This document shows, piece after piece, positions 1 to 7,864 of a stretch of 64,000 nucleotides of DNA. The position numbers and the translations under genes are program-made. Every line of letters begins with the position of its first letter. Within the stretch, counting starts at the first letter, position 1. The notes under the pieces were generated by a model. It ran no database searches and was not told where the DNA came from. It saw only the letters and a program-made list of their open reading frames with translations. Origin of the DNA: a virus. The stretch lies in IMG/VR virus record IMGVR_UViG_3300029105_000372; one strand, given 5' to 3'.

Positions 1-349
1 CTCTGTGAGCACCTTTCCCTTTTCTGCAAGCGTAGGAATGGTAGATGAACTGATGCTCAAATATCGGCTCTATGTAATTGACAATCATATGTTGGATAAC
101 CCTATCGTAAAATGGCAAAGCCATGATTATACGCTCTTTGGGTTCCCAAACTTTGAATACCTTGTACTTTCCAGGAGTATATGTCAAACTTTCCAATTCC
201 CGAATGGCTTTGCCGAGATATTCCTCTCTGTTTGCTTCAAACTCCAAAACCTCCGGTCTGTACCTTTTGCACCGCCTCGCTTTTTGGTATGCGTTTAATG
301 CGTTCTTCATGGTACAGATGTTTTTCATAAGACCTGTTATTCTCTTCAT
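1..349 (-). CDS. DGR reverse transcriptase, N-terminal ~116 aa (partial; continues past window start)
   Basis: Minus-strand ORF starting at ATG 349..347 and open to position 1. Translation reads MKRITGLMKNICTMKNALNAYQKARRCKRYRPEVLEFEANREEYLGKAIRELESLTYTPGKYKVFKVWEPKERIIMALPFYDRVIQHMIVNYIEPIFEHQFIYHSYACRKGKGAH, i.e. RT motifs 1-2 typical of DGR/group-II-like RTs. It lies immediately downstream of the TR. It is absent from the ORF track because the frame is open at the window edge. Confidence 0.8.
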   Translation of the reverse strand, partial: MKRITGLMKNICTMKNALNAYQKARRCKRYRPEVLEFEANREEYLGKAIRELESLTYTPGKYKVFKVWEPKERIIMALPFYDRVIQHMIVNYIEPIFEHQFIYHSYACRKGKGAHR

Positions 350-519
350 AAATAATGCTTACGCCACACTTCCTTCGCTTTCGCTACTATTTGGCTTCGC
401 TGTTTTAAGTTCGCCCGGTTTGCACGGGTCGGGATAGCCGTCTGACTATTCAATAAATGATTATCAAATAATCCTTGTTGGCAAGCCATAGCTCCACCAA
501 TCTGACAGTTTTCAAAATA

Positions 520-646
520 GTCACAGACGCACCACACGCCAATGTTCGTGTTCACGTTCCACGGATAATTGTTGCAATTCACAGTCCGCGAACCATCGTG
601 AACCCCGTTGTTCCAGTTGCCACCGCCAATGAGCGCGTGCAAGCCA
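520..646 (-). repeat. DGR template repeat (TR), 127 nt
   Basis: 127-nt near-identical copy of 1153-1279. All 11 mismatches are T on the plus strand of the TR, i.e. A on the coding minus strand. The TR translation (spurious ORF 346..642) is Asn(AAC)-rich: NWNNGVHDGSRTVNCNNYPWNVNTNIG. Confidence 0.85.
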
Positions 647-688
647 CGGAGCGACAGTGCGAATTAACAGCTACCCCAAGATAGTTGC

Positions 689-1099
689 TTATTTTGATTT
701 CTTTTCCTTTTGTGCTTTGTTTATTAACCCTCCGATATACGCACCAAGAATACCGATCTGTGTTGCACAATATTTGTATACTCTGTCGTTCATTGCAGAA
801 TATTTGAGATCATGTGCCAATCGGATTTTCCGTACCAATCTTCCTTTCAACCTGTCGGCTGTGTAAAGATGGCTGATTGTCTTTGACCTCTCGTATGCTT
901 CTATCTCATCCATGATTCCGTCTATACATTCTCGTATATCCTTTTGGAGAGTGAATTTCTCATAATGTGGCATTTCTCTCACTTTCTTGTGGAGATATAC
1001 CGATAGGTCGTAGGCCATCTGGTGTGCTTCTGTATGGATGTAGTCCATTTTCAGAGTGGAGGGATTTTCATATTTGCTTTCGTATGCCATTACACCCAA
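689..1099 (-). CDS. avd: Avd-like accessory variability determinant (136 aa, basic, helical)
   Basis: Small basic ORF positioned between the VR-bearing target gene and the TR, exactly where avd sits in BPP-1-type DGR cassettes. No specific motif was recognised beyond size, charge and position. Confidence 0.5.
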   Translation of the reverse strand: MGVMAYESKYENPSTLKMDYIHTEAHQMAYDLSVYLHKKVREMPHYEKFTLQKDIRECIDGIMDEIEAYERSKTISHLYTADRLKGRLVRKIRLAHDLKYSAMNDRVYKYCATQIGILGAYIGGLINKAQKEKKSK

Positions 1100-1119
1100 C
1101 CTTTCAACTGCAAGGGACT

Positions 1120-1131
1120 CGGCTTTCGCCG
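1120..1131 (-). promoter_or_regulatory. GNRA hairpin (CGGC-GAAA-GCCG on coding strand) immediately 3' of VR; candidate DGR homing hairpin next to IMH
   Basis: Plus strand cggctttcgccg; the reverse complement forms a 4-bp stem with a GAAA tetraloop about 20 nt past the VR end. This matches the position of the hairpin/cruciform required for homing in the Bordetella phage DGR. Confidence 0.4.
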
Positions 1132-1143
1132 GTCCCCATCAGC

Positions 1144-2247
1144 TTACAGCGAGTCACAGACGCACCACACGCCAACGTTCGCGTACACGCTCCACGGAGA
1201 AGTGTTGCAATACACAGTCCGCGAACCATCGTGAACCCCGTAGCCCCAGTTGCCACCGCCAAGGAGCGCGTGCAAGCCAGTGTTGTTGGCCATGTAAAGC
1301 TGGCCAACTTTCTGACCGCTCATAACGTCATACCAGTTCCATGCTGATCCGGTAGGGTCGTGAATGAACTCATCAAGCCACTTCCATACGTTTCCAACAA
1401 GGTCTCGAACGTTCGTTGCAGAAACTGCGTTCTTAACATTTCCGCAAGTGGTTCTTGCTGTATTGGAAGTTGCGGACCATGCGTAAGTGTTGTTGCCGTC
1501 CGCTCCCTGCGGAGATCCGTATGCGCCCTTACAGAACTCAGCGTAGGTAGGAAGTCTCTTGCCTACTCTCATAGCTCTCTCGTTGGCGATATACCAGTTT
1601 AATCCCTCTGTTCCAGTAATCGGCACAGCACCCTTTTTGCTCTGCAAACCACTGGCACCATTGTCGGATGAAAGATATATGTCTCCCCAGAACGGTCCGA
1701 TATAAACCATTCCGGTAGGATCGCAAGTAGGCCTGTGGAGAAGAGTCCATACAGAGTTAGGAACGATCCCCTCTGTTACGTTTGTTTCCCATCCACTTCC
1801 TAATGCCGCGCCTGATGCGCTGATTGGAATACCGGAACTATTTGTTTTTCTGACTACGCCGTAATGGAAACCGCCGATCTTTCTTGATGTAACTGCTGTA
1901 TAACCGTTTGGATATGTCGTATTAAGGGAAATACGATACTGTTCTGCGGCAAAGTTCGTGGCATCTCCGCCAGTAGGATCGCAGATATAAATGCAGTAAT
2001 CTTTTCCGACTTCAAATTTTGAAGCTGTTCCGTCCAAATTGCTTGCTGTGAGTGTGGTCTTTTCTGTCTTAAAAACAGAATTTCCTACTGCAATCAGAAC
2101 TCCGGCGATTACAGTAAGTGCTCCGTTCTCCATGCGGATGAATTTCTTGTCTGATGCCACCACATCAGACATGAGAGCAAGTTTTGGAGTGGTTATCTTT
2201 GCAATATCATTCTCCATTGCCTCATCATAACCGTAGAATTTACTCAT
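1144..2247 (-). CDS. DGR target protein: putative tail fibre / receptor-binding protein with C-terminal C-type-lectin (FGE-sulfatase-like) variable domain
   Basis: 367 aa. The VR occupies the last ~42 codons. GNVWKW and C-terminal WCVCD motifs are typical of CLec-fold DGR targets (Mtd-like). It is the last gene of the tail module. Confidence 0.8.
   Translation of the reverse strand: MSKFYGYDEAMENDIAKITTPKLALMSDVVASDKKFIRMENGALTVIAGVLIAVGNSVFKTEKTTLTASNLDGTASKFEVGKDYCIYICDPTGGDATNFAAEQYRISLNTTYPNGYTAVTSRKIGGFHYGVVRKTNSSGIPISASGAALGSGWETNVTEGIVPNSVWTLLHRPTCDPTGMVYIGPFWGDIYLSSDNGASGLQSKKGAVPITGTEGLNWYIANERAMRVGKRLPTYAEFCKGAYGSPQGADGNNTYAWSATSNTARTTCGNVKNAVSATNVRDLVGNVWKWLDEFIHDPTGSAWNWYDVMSGQKVGQLYMANNTGLHALLGGGNWGYGVHDGSRTVYCNTSPWSVYANVGVWCVCDSL
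1153..1279 (-). repeat. DGR variable repeat (VR) at 3' end of target gene
   Basis: Aligns to TR 520-646 with 11 substitutions, all at TR adenines on the coding strand. It encodes the C-terminal NWGYGVHDGSRTVYCNTSPWSVYANVGVWCVCDSL of ORF 1144..2247. Confidence 0.85.
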
Positions 2248-2683
2248 TAGCCAATTCCTCCTTGATCTGATTCAGTTCTTCGGCTGTCATGCCGAGACTG
2301 TCATAAATTGTGTAAGGTGCGGTAACTGCAATTTCCGTGGCTTCGGTAGAAACCATAGCGGAAGTGGAGATAATGGTTGTTTCCAACTGGGTATCTCCAG
2401 TGTGCTCATCCGGTTCTCCCTCTTCGTGGGTAACATTCGTAATATTCACAGTCTTGTTGCCAACGATTGCCTTTGTTCCGGCCTTTGCCTCTGCACAATA
2501 GTTGATAGTTACTGTTTTCTTATCCTCTCCTACCGCAAGGATAGGGCAGTGAAGATAATTCATGTTTTCAAGATCTTCGATGGCTTCCAACAGGTCTTTT
2601 GCTGCAAATGCGCCATCATCCACCAAGGATTTACAATTTCTAATGTCCTCGGCGGTTGCAAGTCTCTTAGGGAAATCTCTCAT
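2240..2683 (-). CDS. hypothetical phage tail-associated protein (147 aa)
   Basis: Intact ORF in the late operon between the tail genes and the DGR target. No motif recognised. Confidence 0.4.
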   Translation of the reverse strand: MRDFPKRLATAEDIRNCKSLVDDGAFAAKDLLEAIEDLENMNYLHCPILAVGEDKKTVTINYCAEAKAGTKAIVGNKTVNITNVTHEEGEPDEHTGDTQLETTIISTSAMVSTEATEIAVTAPYTIYDSLGMTAEELNQIKEELANE

Positions 2684-2697
2684 TTTGTCTACCTCCG

Positions 2698-3486
2698 TTA
2701 TTTATTTACATAGGCTCCTACAAAACCATCGACAAACGCCAATCCGTTGCCGTCCATGATTCTGAAAGTCTTATGTGTCATAAGATCCGCATTGCTGATA
2801 GAAAATGTTTTTGGGGCAACTATATAGTTGTCATTCGCAATGCTTATTGTGTACTCTCCTGCCTCTGTGAGATACAAAGGCTGAGTATAATCTGTAACAG
2901 TATATTTGTTACCGGATGTTACATTTTGTACAGTTATTGCAGCAGCAGTTCCAACGGTATCGTTGAAATGTATCTTCACTGCAAGGTTTCTGATGTGGGT
3001 TTCCACATCGTTGATTTCATCCTGTAATTTTCCGGCTGCATCCGCTGACAACTGATCTTTAATCATTGAAAACCATTGATTAAACAATATTTCCTGATTG
3101 TTCTCAAACGTTGTCATTTCAGATGTGTAGTCTTTCTTTAACTGCACAACATCCGCATTTGCCGTTGCCTGCAAATTGTCGAGAAAGATATTGAATGAGT
3201 CGAGATCCAGATTTGCTCTCTTGTCAAACTCAACTTTCTGGTTCTCAAAAAACTCTGTGAATACCTCATACAAATCTGTTCCGTTTTCCAATGCTGCCAT
3301 GATTGCGTTGACGGCTGTATTGATGCGGTTGGCATCATACGCACCGAAAAACGATTCGTCATACACCGTGTACTGGGTCACATCTTTTACGGAATAGCTG
3401 CCGTCCCCATTATCAATAGGTATGAACTTCCGCAGACCGGACCATACGGCATCCTTATAGTCTGTCTTTAATCGTTCCCACGCCAC
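2698..3486 (-). CDS. hypothetical phage structural protein (262 aa)
   Basis: ORF in the tail module. No motif recognised. Confidence 0.4.
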   Translation of the reverse strand: MAWERLKTDYKDAVWSGLRKFIPIDNGDGSYSVKDVTQYTVYDESFFGAYDANRINTAVNAIMAALENGTDLYEVFTEFFENQKVEFDKRANLDLDSFNIFLDNLQATANADVVQLKKDYTSEMTTFENNQEILFNQWFSMIKDQLSADAAGKLQDEINDVETHIRNLAVKIHFNDTVGTAAAITVQNVTSGNKYTVTDYTQPLYLTEAGEYTISIANDNYIVAPKTFSISNADLMTHKTFRIMDGNGLAFVDGFVGAYVNK

Positions 3487-4104
3487 TTAGAACGCCTCCC
3501 TCCTTATGCCAAAGTTAAAGGTAAGCATCTGCCGACCTCTGTATTGGTTTAATAACTGATTGAATAAATCCAAAATCAGGCTTTCAATGCGGTTGAGTTC
3601 GTTAAAATCAAAAATCTTTCCATTCGCCGTGTATAAGGGGTTCTCCCCTATGTCCGGCTTAAATGTGTTCTCAGCTATGAGCTTAATGTTTTCTTCCAAC
3701 TGATTTATCTCGTCCGCATAAAAATACTGGTCTTTGCTCCTATCGTCTCCCAGATCATTTATGGAAAACTCCTGGTACATTGCCACGGCTATCTCTCTGA
3801 GATATGCGAGGTTGTTCTTTATCCGGTTGAAATCTTCCGTATTGAACCTATCCCCGTGATAAATTCCATCATCGTCTGTGTAACCGTACCAATTTGTTTT
3901 TGGAGTGGTCCAGGAGCCGGAGATAGAAACAACCATTGTTTCCGTTGTACTATTTCCGGCGGAATCCGTTGCCGTCAATACGGCTACATGATCCTTTTCT
4001 GAACCGTCTATGCTTGCGGAGGCTTTGTATACTGTTCCGATAGAGTGCTGAAAATTCAGTTCTTTATCGTCAAGCGTTCCTGTGACATTTGCTATATCAG
4101 CCAT
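3487..4104 (-). CDS. hypothetical phage structural protein (205 aa)
   Basis: ORF abutting neighbouring genes in the tail module. Confidence 0.4.
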   Translation of the reverse strand: MADIANVTGTLDDKELNFQHSIGTVYKASASIDGSEKDHVAVLTATDSAGNSTTETMVVSISGSWTTPKTNWYGYTDDDGIYHGDRFNTEDFNRIKNNLAYLREIAVAMYQEFSINDLGDDRSKDQYFYADEINQLEENIKLIAENTFKPDIGENPLYTANGKIFDFNELNRIESLILDLFNQLLNQYRGRQMLTFNFGIRREAF

Positions 4105-4117
4105 TCTTCATCGCCTC

Positions 4118-4324
4118 CTATCCTTTGGTGTAATTGCCAACGTATGCCAGTGGCAATTTATCAGGAATTTCCTTGTCTGATATATTGACATAGGAGCCAA
4201 CATAATTGCCGACAAACGCAACGCCTTTCAGTTCCTCAATGGAAACTGAGATTGTGTATTTCCCCTTTGCCTGCACGGGGTTTGGACTTATCGTAACGTC
4301 TCTTACCAATATGTTAGCTGCCAT
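4118..4324 (-). CDS. small hypothetical protein (68 aa)
   Basis: Short ORF packed between tail genes. Confidence 0.25.
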   Translation of the reverse strand: MAANILVRDVTISPNPVQAKGKYTISVSIEELKGVAFVGNYVGSYVNISDKEIPDKLPLAYVGNYTKG

Positions 4325-4334
4325 GCCGCACCGC

Positions 4335-5222
4335 CTAATCTGTTACCGAAACAGAAATTACATAGGTTGCTCCGACATCTGCCGGGTTCGGTGCCAATGA
4401 AACATCTGAGATAACCGGTGCTTTTGTATCGAGTGTTACTGTTCTTGTGACGGTCGTGGTTCTTCCGGCTCCGTCCTTTGCTACAACGGTAATAGTGTTT
4501 GAACCATCTTTTAGGGTTATATCCTTTGAGAAAGTTCCATCGTCATATACGGTCACTGCACTGCCATTGATTGTCAGTGTAACCGGACTTGATGTTGCAT
4601 CGTTGGTAGTTCCGGCTACCGTTACTGTGGTTTTATTCGTGACGAGTTTGTTTACAGGACTTGTAACTGATAACTCAGGCGGCACGGTATCAATCTTAAA
4701 TGAAACACTCTTCTGGGTAGCTGCATTGCCGTCATAGTCGGATGCTTTTACAACAACGGTGTGTGAGCCGTCTGAAAGTGCCGTGGACGGTTTGTAACTG
4801 CATGAGTAACCGGATGTTGTCTTTGTCTTTGTGATTCCAGATATTTCAGAACCATCAATAAGCAGTTTGATTGTGTCTGGGTTGACACCGGAATCATCAT
4901 CTGTGACTGTGAATGAAATTGTCGGCTGATTGCTCGTAAGTAACTGTGATGCTGTCGGAGAAGAGATTGTGATAACCGGTGCGGTTTTCTCTTTTACCGT
5001 AAGCCTCAGCTTGCTTCCGAGTGTGGCATCCGACTGGTTTACGGTAGTCGTGTTTCCGGCCTCATCCTTGGCGATGATCTGTACTCCGTAATAATGTCCT
5101 GACTGATTGTATGAGGACTTTGCCGGAGCGGTAAGCGTAGCCTTGTAAGTCTTTGATGCGCTGTCGTATGTGAGTGTGGTAGTCACACCATTTACGATAG
5201 CCTGTACGGATTTAATAGCCAT
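4335..5222 (-). CDS. tail protein with repeated bacterial Ig-like (Big) domains
   Basis: 295 aa, Thr/Val-rich with repeated beta-strand-type segments (TVTVAGTTNDATSSPVTLTINGSAVTVYDDGTF..., DGSNTITVVAKDGAGRTTTVTRTVTLDTKAPVI). Confidence 0.5.
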   Translation of the reverse strand: MAIKSVQAIVNGVTTTLTYDSASKTYKATLTAPAKSSYNQSGHYYGVQIIAKDEAGNTTTVNQSDATLGSKLRLTVKEKTAPVITISSPTASQLLTSNQPTISFTVTDDDSGVNPDTIKLLIDGSEISGITKTKTTSGYSCSYKPSTALSDGSHTVVVKASDYDGNAATQKSVSFKIDTVPPELSVTSPVNKLVTNKTTVTVAGTTNDATSSPVTLTINGSAVTVYDDGTFSKDITLKDGSNTITVVAKDGAGRTTTVTRTVTLDTKAPVISDVSLAPNPADVGATYVISVSVTD

Positions 5223-5246
5223 TCATTTTCCTCTTCCTTTCTGTTC

Positions 5247-7472
5247 TTATTTTTCTGATACCCTACGGGCAATTACCTTTCCAGATAAACTCTGTGAAAA
5301 ATTAACAATGTGGCGATAGATATTGACCTTTAATCCAGGGCGATATGCGTTCTCCTGATAAACAATGTCGTTCGCATCAATCTCTGGATTTCCACGGGTA
5401 TTGTATTCGTACTCAATACCGGCGTTGTAATAATCCCCAAGCCAGTCTGCCAAGTGGTTTGCCGTTTCCATATCGCTTACCAGAGGATTTTTCCATGTTA
5501 TGGTCTTTCCTCTGCTATTGAGCGTTTTTACGGCATACTGCTCAACAATGTTGTATCTGTGTCCTATAATTTCAAACTGGTACTTGCCAGTAATCAGAAA
5601 CTTAACTGTCACATAATAATCTCCGCTTTCTATGATGTTGACGTTTGATGCCGAGGAATTGAACGTAGCTCTGCATCCATAAGTCGGATCTCCGAGATAA
5701 TACGTCTGAATATCTCCCTTTACTGCCTCCGTCTCTTCACTAATAAGAGTTTCTTCCGCAGTTCCTTTCTGGTAGGAATAGCATGGCACTCTGACTGCCT
5801 TGACAAGCTCCTGTTTGATTGATTTTGGAGAAGAGGTCATATCCTGCCTTTCCATTGTAAAATCCGTTATATCGCCAAATGAGAAGTAATCAACGACTAT
5901 GCGGTTGAATGGTTCTTTTGTCTTTGTGAACTCAATCTCCATCAAATCAAAATCATCAAAATCGTGCTGCACTATCAGCCTCTTTGTAATGTCCGAATTT
6001 ACCTCATACTCATCCACCTTTTTGCCATCATTGAAAGTCCTGAATATAATTTCGTCAGGCAGTGTAGAACCAAACATTAACTGCAAACCATAGTACATAC
6101 AGGCGGTTTCCTGAGTTATGTAGATAATCGGATTTTCTTCAAATAGGCAATCCTTATTGGACTGCTGTAATGAAATATATCCGGTATACTTATCTGCCTT
6201 ACTCTGATTCTCCGGGAGATAATACATTTCTGCATTTACAGTGGTGTAGTTGTGTGCAAATGAAGCGTACTCCTGTTTTGCAGTCTCGCTCTTTATATTC
6301 CGAACATGGGAATACTCTGTCTCTCCGTTGCACGTTATGTCGTACTCCGGTGCGAATGAGGATTTAATTTGTGGTCTGCCATACCGGTTCTGTGAAAGAA
6401 CACATCTGCAGGCATTAGCGATAATCTGCAAAGCCTCTTTGTGCTTAACCCTCGGTATGGGGTTTTTTGTGGTTGACTTTTTGAGGTACGGATCAATGTA
6501 GTATTCCTCAATTCCGGCATCCTGAAAGACCAATTCTGCTGCATGGTAATATGTGATTCCTGCCGGAGCATAGCAGCCTTTGTAATATTCCTCGTCCATG
6601 TTTCTGAAAAGATCCTGACACCTTATCGTTGCCGAGTAATCATCACTTTCCCATGCGCTACACTGTAGTTTTGCGCCTCTTATCCATTCGATGGTGTCTG
6701 AGTTCGGCAGTTGATAACCATACCAGACATACATCTCCTGCCCTGTCTCCAAGAAGTTGATTGCTGAGTTTGGGTTGTCTACATTGAAATACTGATCGTA
6801 ATTCTGTAACTTAACCATGAAATCTATCTGTGGAACATCCTCGCAAATTGGGGATATGTAGCTATCTAATTTAGAATCCATAATATCGTCATTGTAATAA
6901 ACAAGACCGTAGCCTAACTGAATTGAATAAATCCTCAGTCTGGAATATGGATTTTTCATCTTGTAGAAGATGAATTTTATATATGTGGTATTCTCTAACA
7001 CCTGTTCTGTACTGAACTCTGACTGATCGTTGTCAGCAATCTCTATTCTCTGTCCGCTACTCGTGAGTATGTCGAACCGGGTAGGATAAACCTCTCCAAA
7101 ATTGATAGTCAGTCCTTTAATGTCTGTTGCCACAACATTCAGTTCGATAAGTAGCTCATATCCACTTTTCGGAATCAGAGGCTTGCTTATCAAACCGGTG
7201 TCGTAGTAGTTACCGGATGTATTCTCTCTTGGAAGAAAATACATGGATCCGTCAACCTTTGTGAAATCATGTTCGAGCGTGGCATATACAGTGTCCTCTT
7301 TTCGCTGACCGAATAAGCCGGTCTGCTTCGAGTAATAGGCAAAATTATTTCCCATGACAGTTGCGTTGGCCTGTGCCTCCTGATTTACCAGACCGAATGA
7401 AATCATCATGTATGACCGCTCTCTCAGAGAGCTTTTCATGCTTGCCTTGTATTCATTTGATACTTTCTGCAT
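5247..7472 (-). CDS. phage tail protein (741 aa; minor tail / tail-tip structural protein)
   Basis: Large ORF directly downstream of the tape-measure gene, as is usual for siphovirus tail-tip proteins. No catalytic motif recognised. Confidence 0.5.
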   Translation of the reverse strand: MQKVSNEYKASMKSSLRERSYMMISFGLVNQEAQANATVMGNNFAYYSKQTGLFGQRKEDTVYATLEHDFTKVDGSMYFLPRENTSGNYYDTGLISKPLIPKSGYELLIELNVVATDIKGLTINFGEVYPTRFDILTSSGQRIEIADNDQSEFSTEQVLENTTYIKFIFYKMKNPYSRLRIYSIQLGYGLVYYNDDIMDSKLDSYISPICEDVPQIDFMVKLQNYDQYFNVDNPNSAINFLETGQEMYVWYGYQLPNSDTIEWIRGAKLQCSAWESDDYSATIRCQDLFRNMDEEYYKGCYAPAGITYYHAAELVFQDAGIEEYYIDPYLKKSTTKNPIPRVKHKEALQIIANACRCVLSQNRYGRPQIKSSFAPEYDITCNGETEYSHVRNIKSETAKQEYASFAHNYTTVNAEMYYLPENQSKADKYTGYISLQQSNKDCLFEENPIIYITQETACMYYGLQLMFGSTLPDEIIFRTFNDGKKVDEYEVNSDITKRLIVQHDFDDFDLMEIEFTKTKEPFNRIVVDYFSFGDITDFTMERQDMTSSPKSIKQELVKAVRVPCYSYQKGTAEETLISEETEAVKGDIQTYYLGDPTYGCRATFNSSASNVNIIESGDYYVTVKFLITGKYQFEIIGHRYNIVEQYAVKTLNSRGKTITWKNPLVSDMETANHLADWLGDYYNAGIEYEYNTRGNPEIDANDIVYQENAYRPGLKVNIYRHIVNFSQSLSGKVIARRVSEK

Positions 7473-7478
7473 ACACCA

Positions 7479-7850
7479 TCACTCTCCACAATCAATAAGG
7501 TTTACTTTGCAACTCTGATAGGTAATTGGATTTCCGTCTGTATCAATCCAATATGGTTCTGCCGTCCTATCTCCGGGGTACATCTTTATTGTTATTTTTT
7601 TCATAGTGACCGGATCTGGGAAAGTGACATATACGAAAAACGCACTCAGCACCGTAAGCATCCGGCTCCACTCAGCTGCCGTCAGCCACGGCCATTCCAG
7701 AGTGTCGAGTTTGTACTGATCTCGCCCAACTCTCTGTCCTACGACCGTACCGTTGGCATTTCTTCCGGCATCCACCATTGTAGATACAGTTGGCTTTGCC
7801 CCACGTTTAGGAGGGGGGAAGTCACAACCATTTACTGATATATAAGCCAT
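7479..7850 (-). CDS. hypothetical tail protein (123 aa)
   Basis: ORF between the tape-measure protein and the 741-aa tail protein. Confidence 0.35.
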   Translation of the reverse strand: MAYISVNGCDFPPPKRGAKPTVSTMVDAGRNANGTVVGQRVGRDQYKLDTLEWPWLTAAEWSRMLTVLSAFFVYVTFPDPVTMKKITIKMYPGDRTAEPYWIDTDGNPITYQSCKVNLIDCGE

Positions 7851-7864
7851 TCCATATCCCTCCT

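Noticed and set aside
346-642. ORF 346..642 (-) 98 aa beginning MHALIGGGNWNNGVHDG
   Set aside because: It is the translation of the DGR template repeat, Asn-rich and colinear with the VR-encoded C-terminus of the target. TRs are non-coding templates, and the real gene here is the RT starting at 349.
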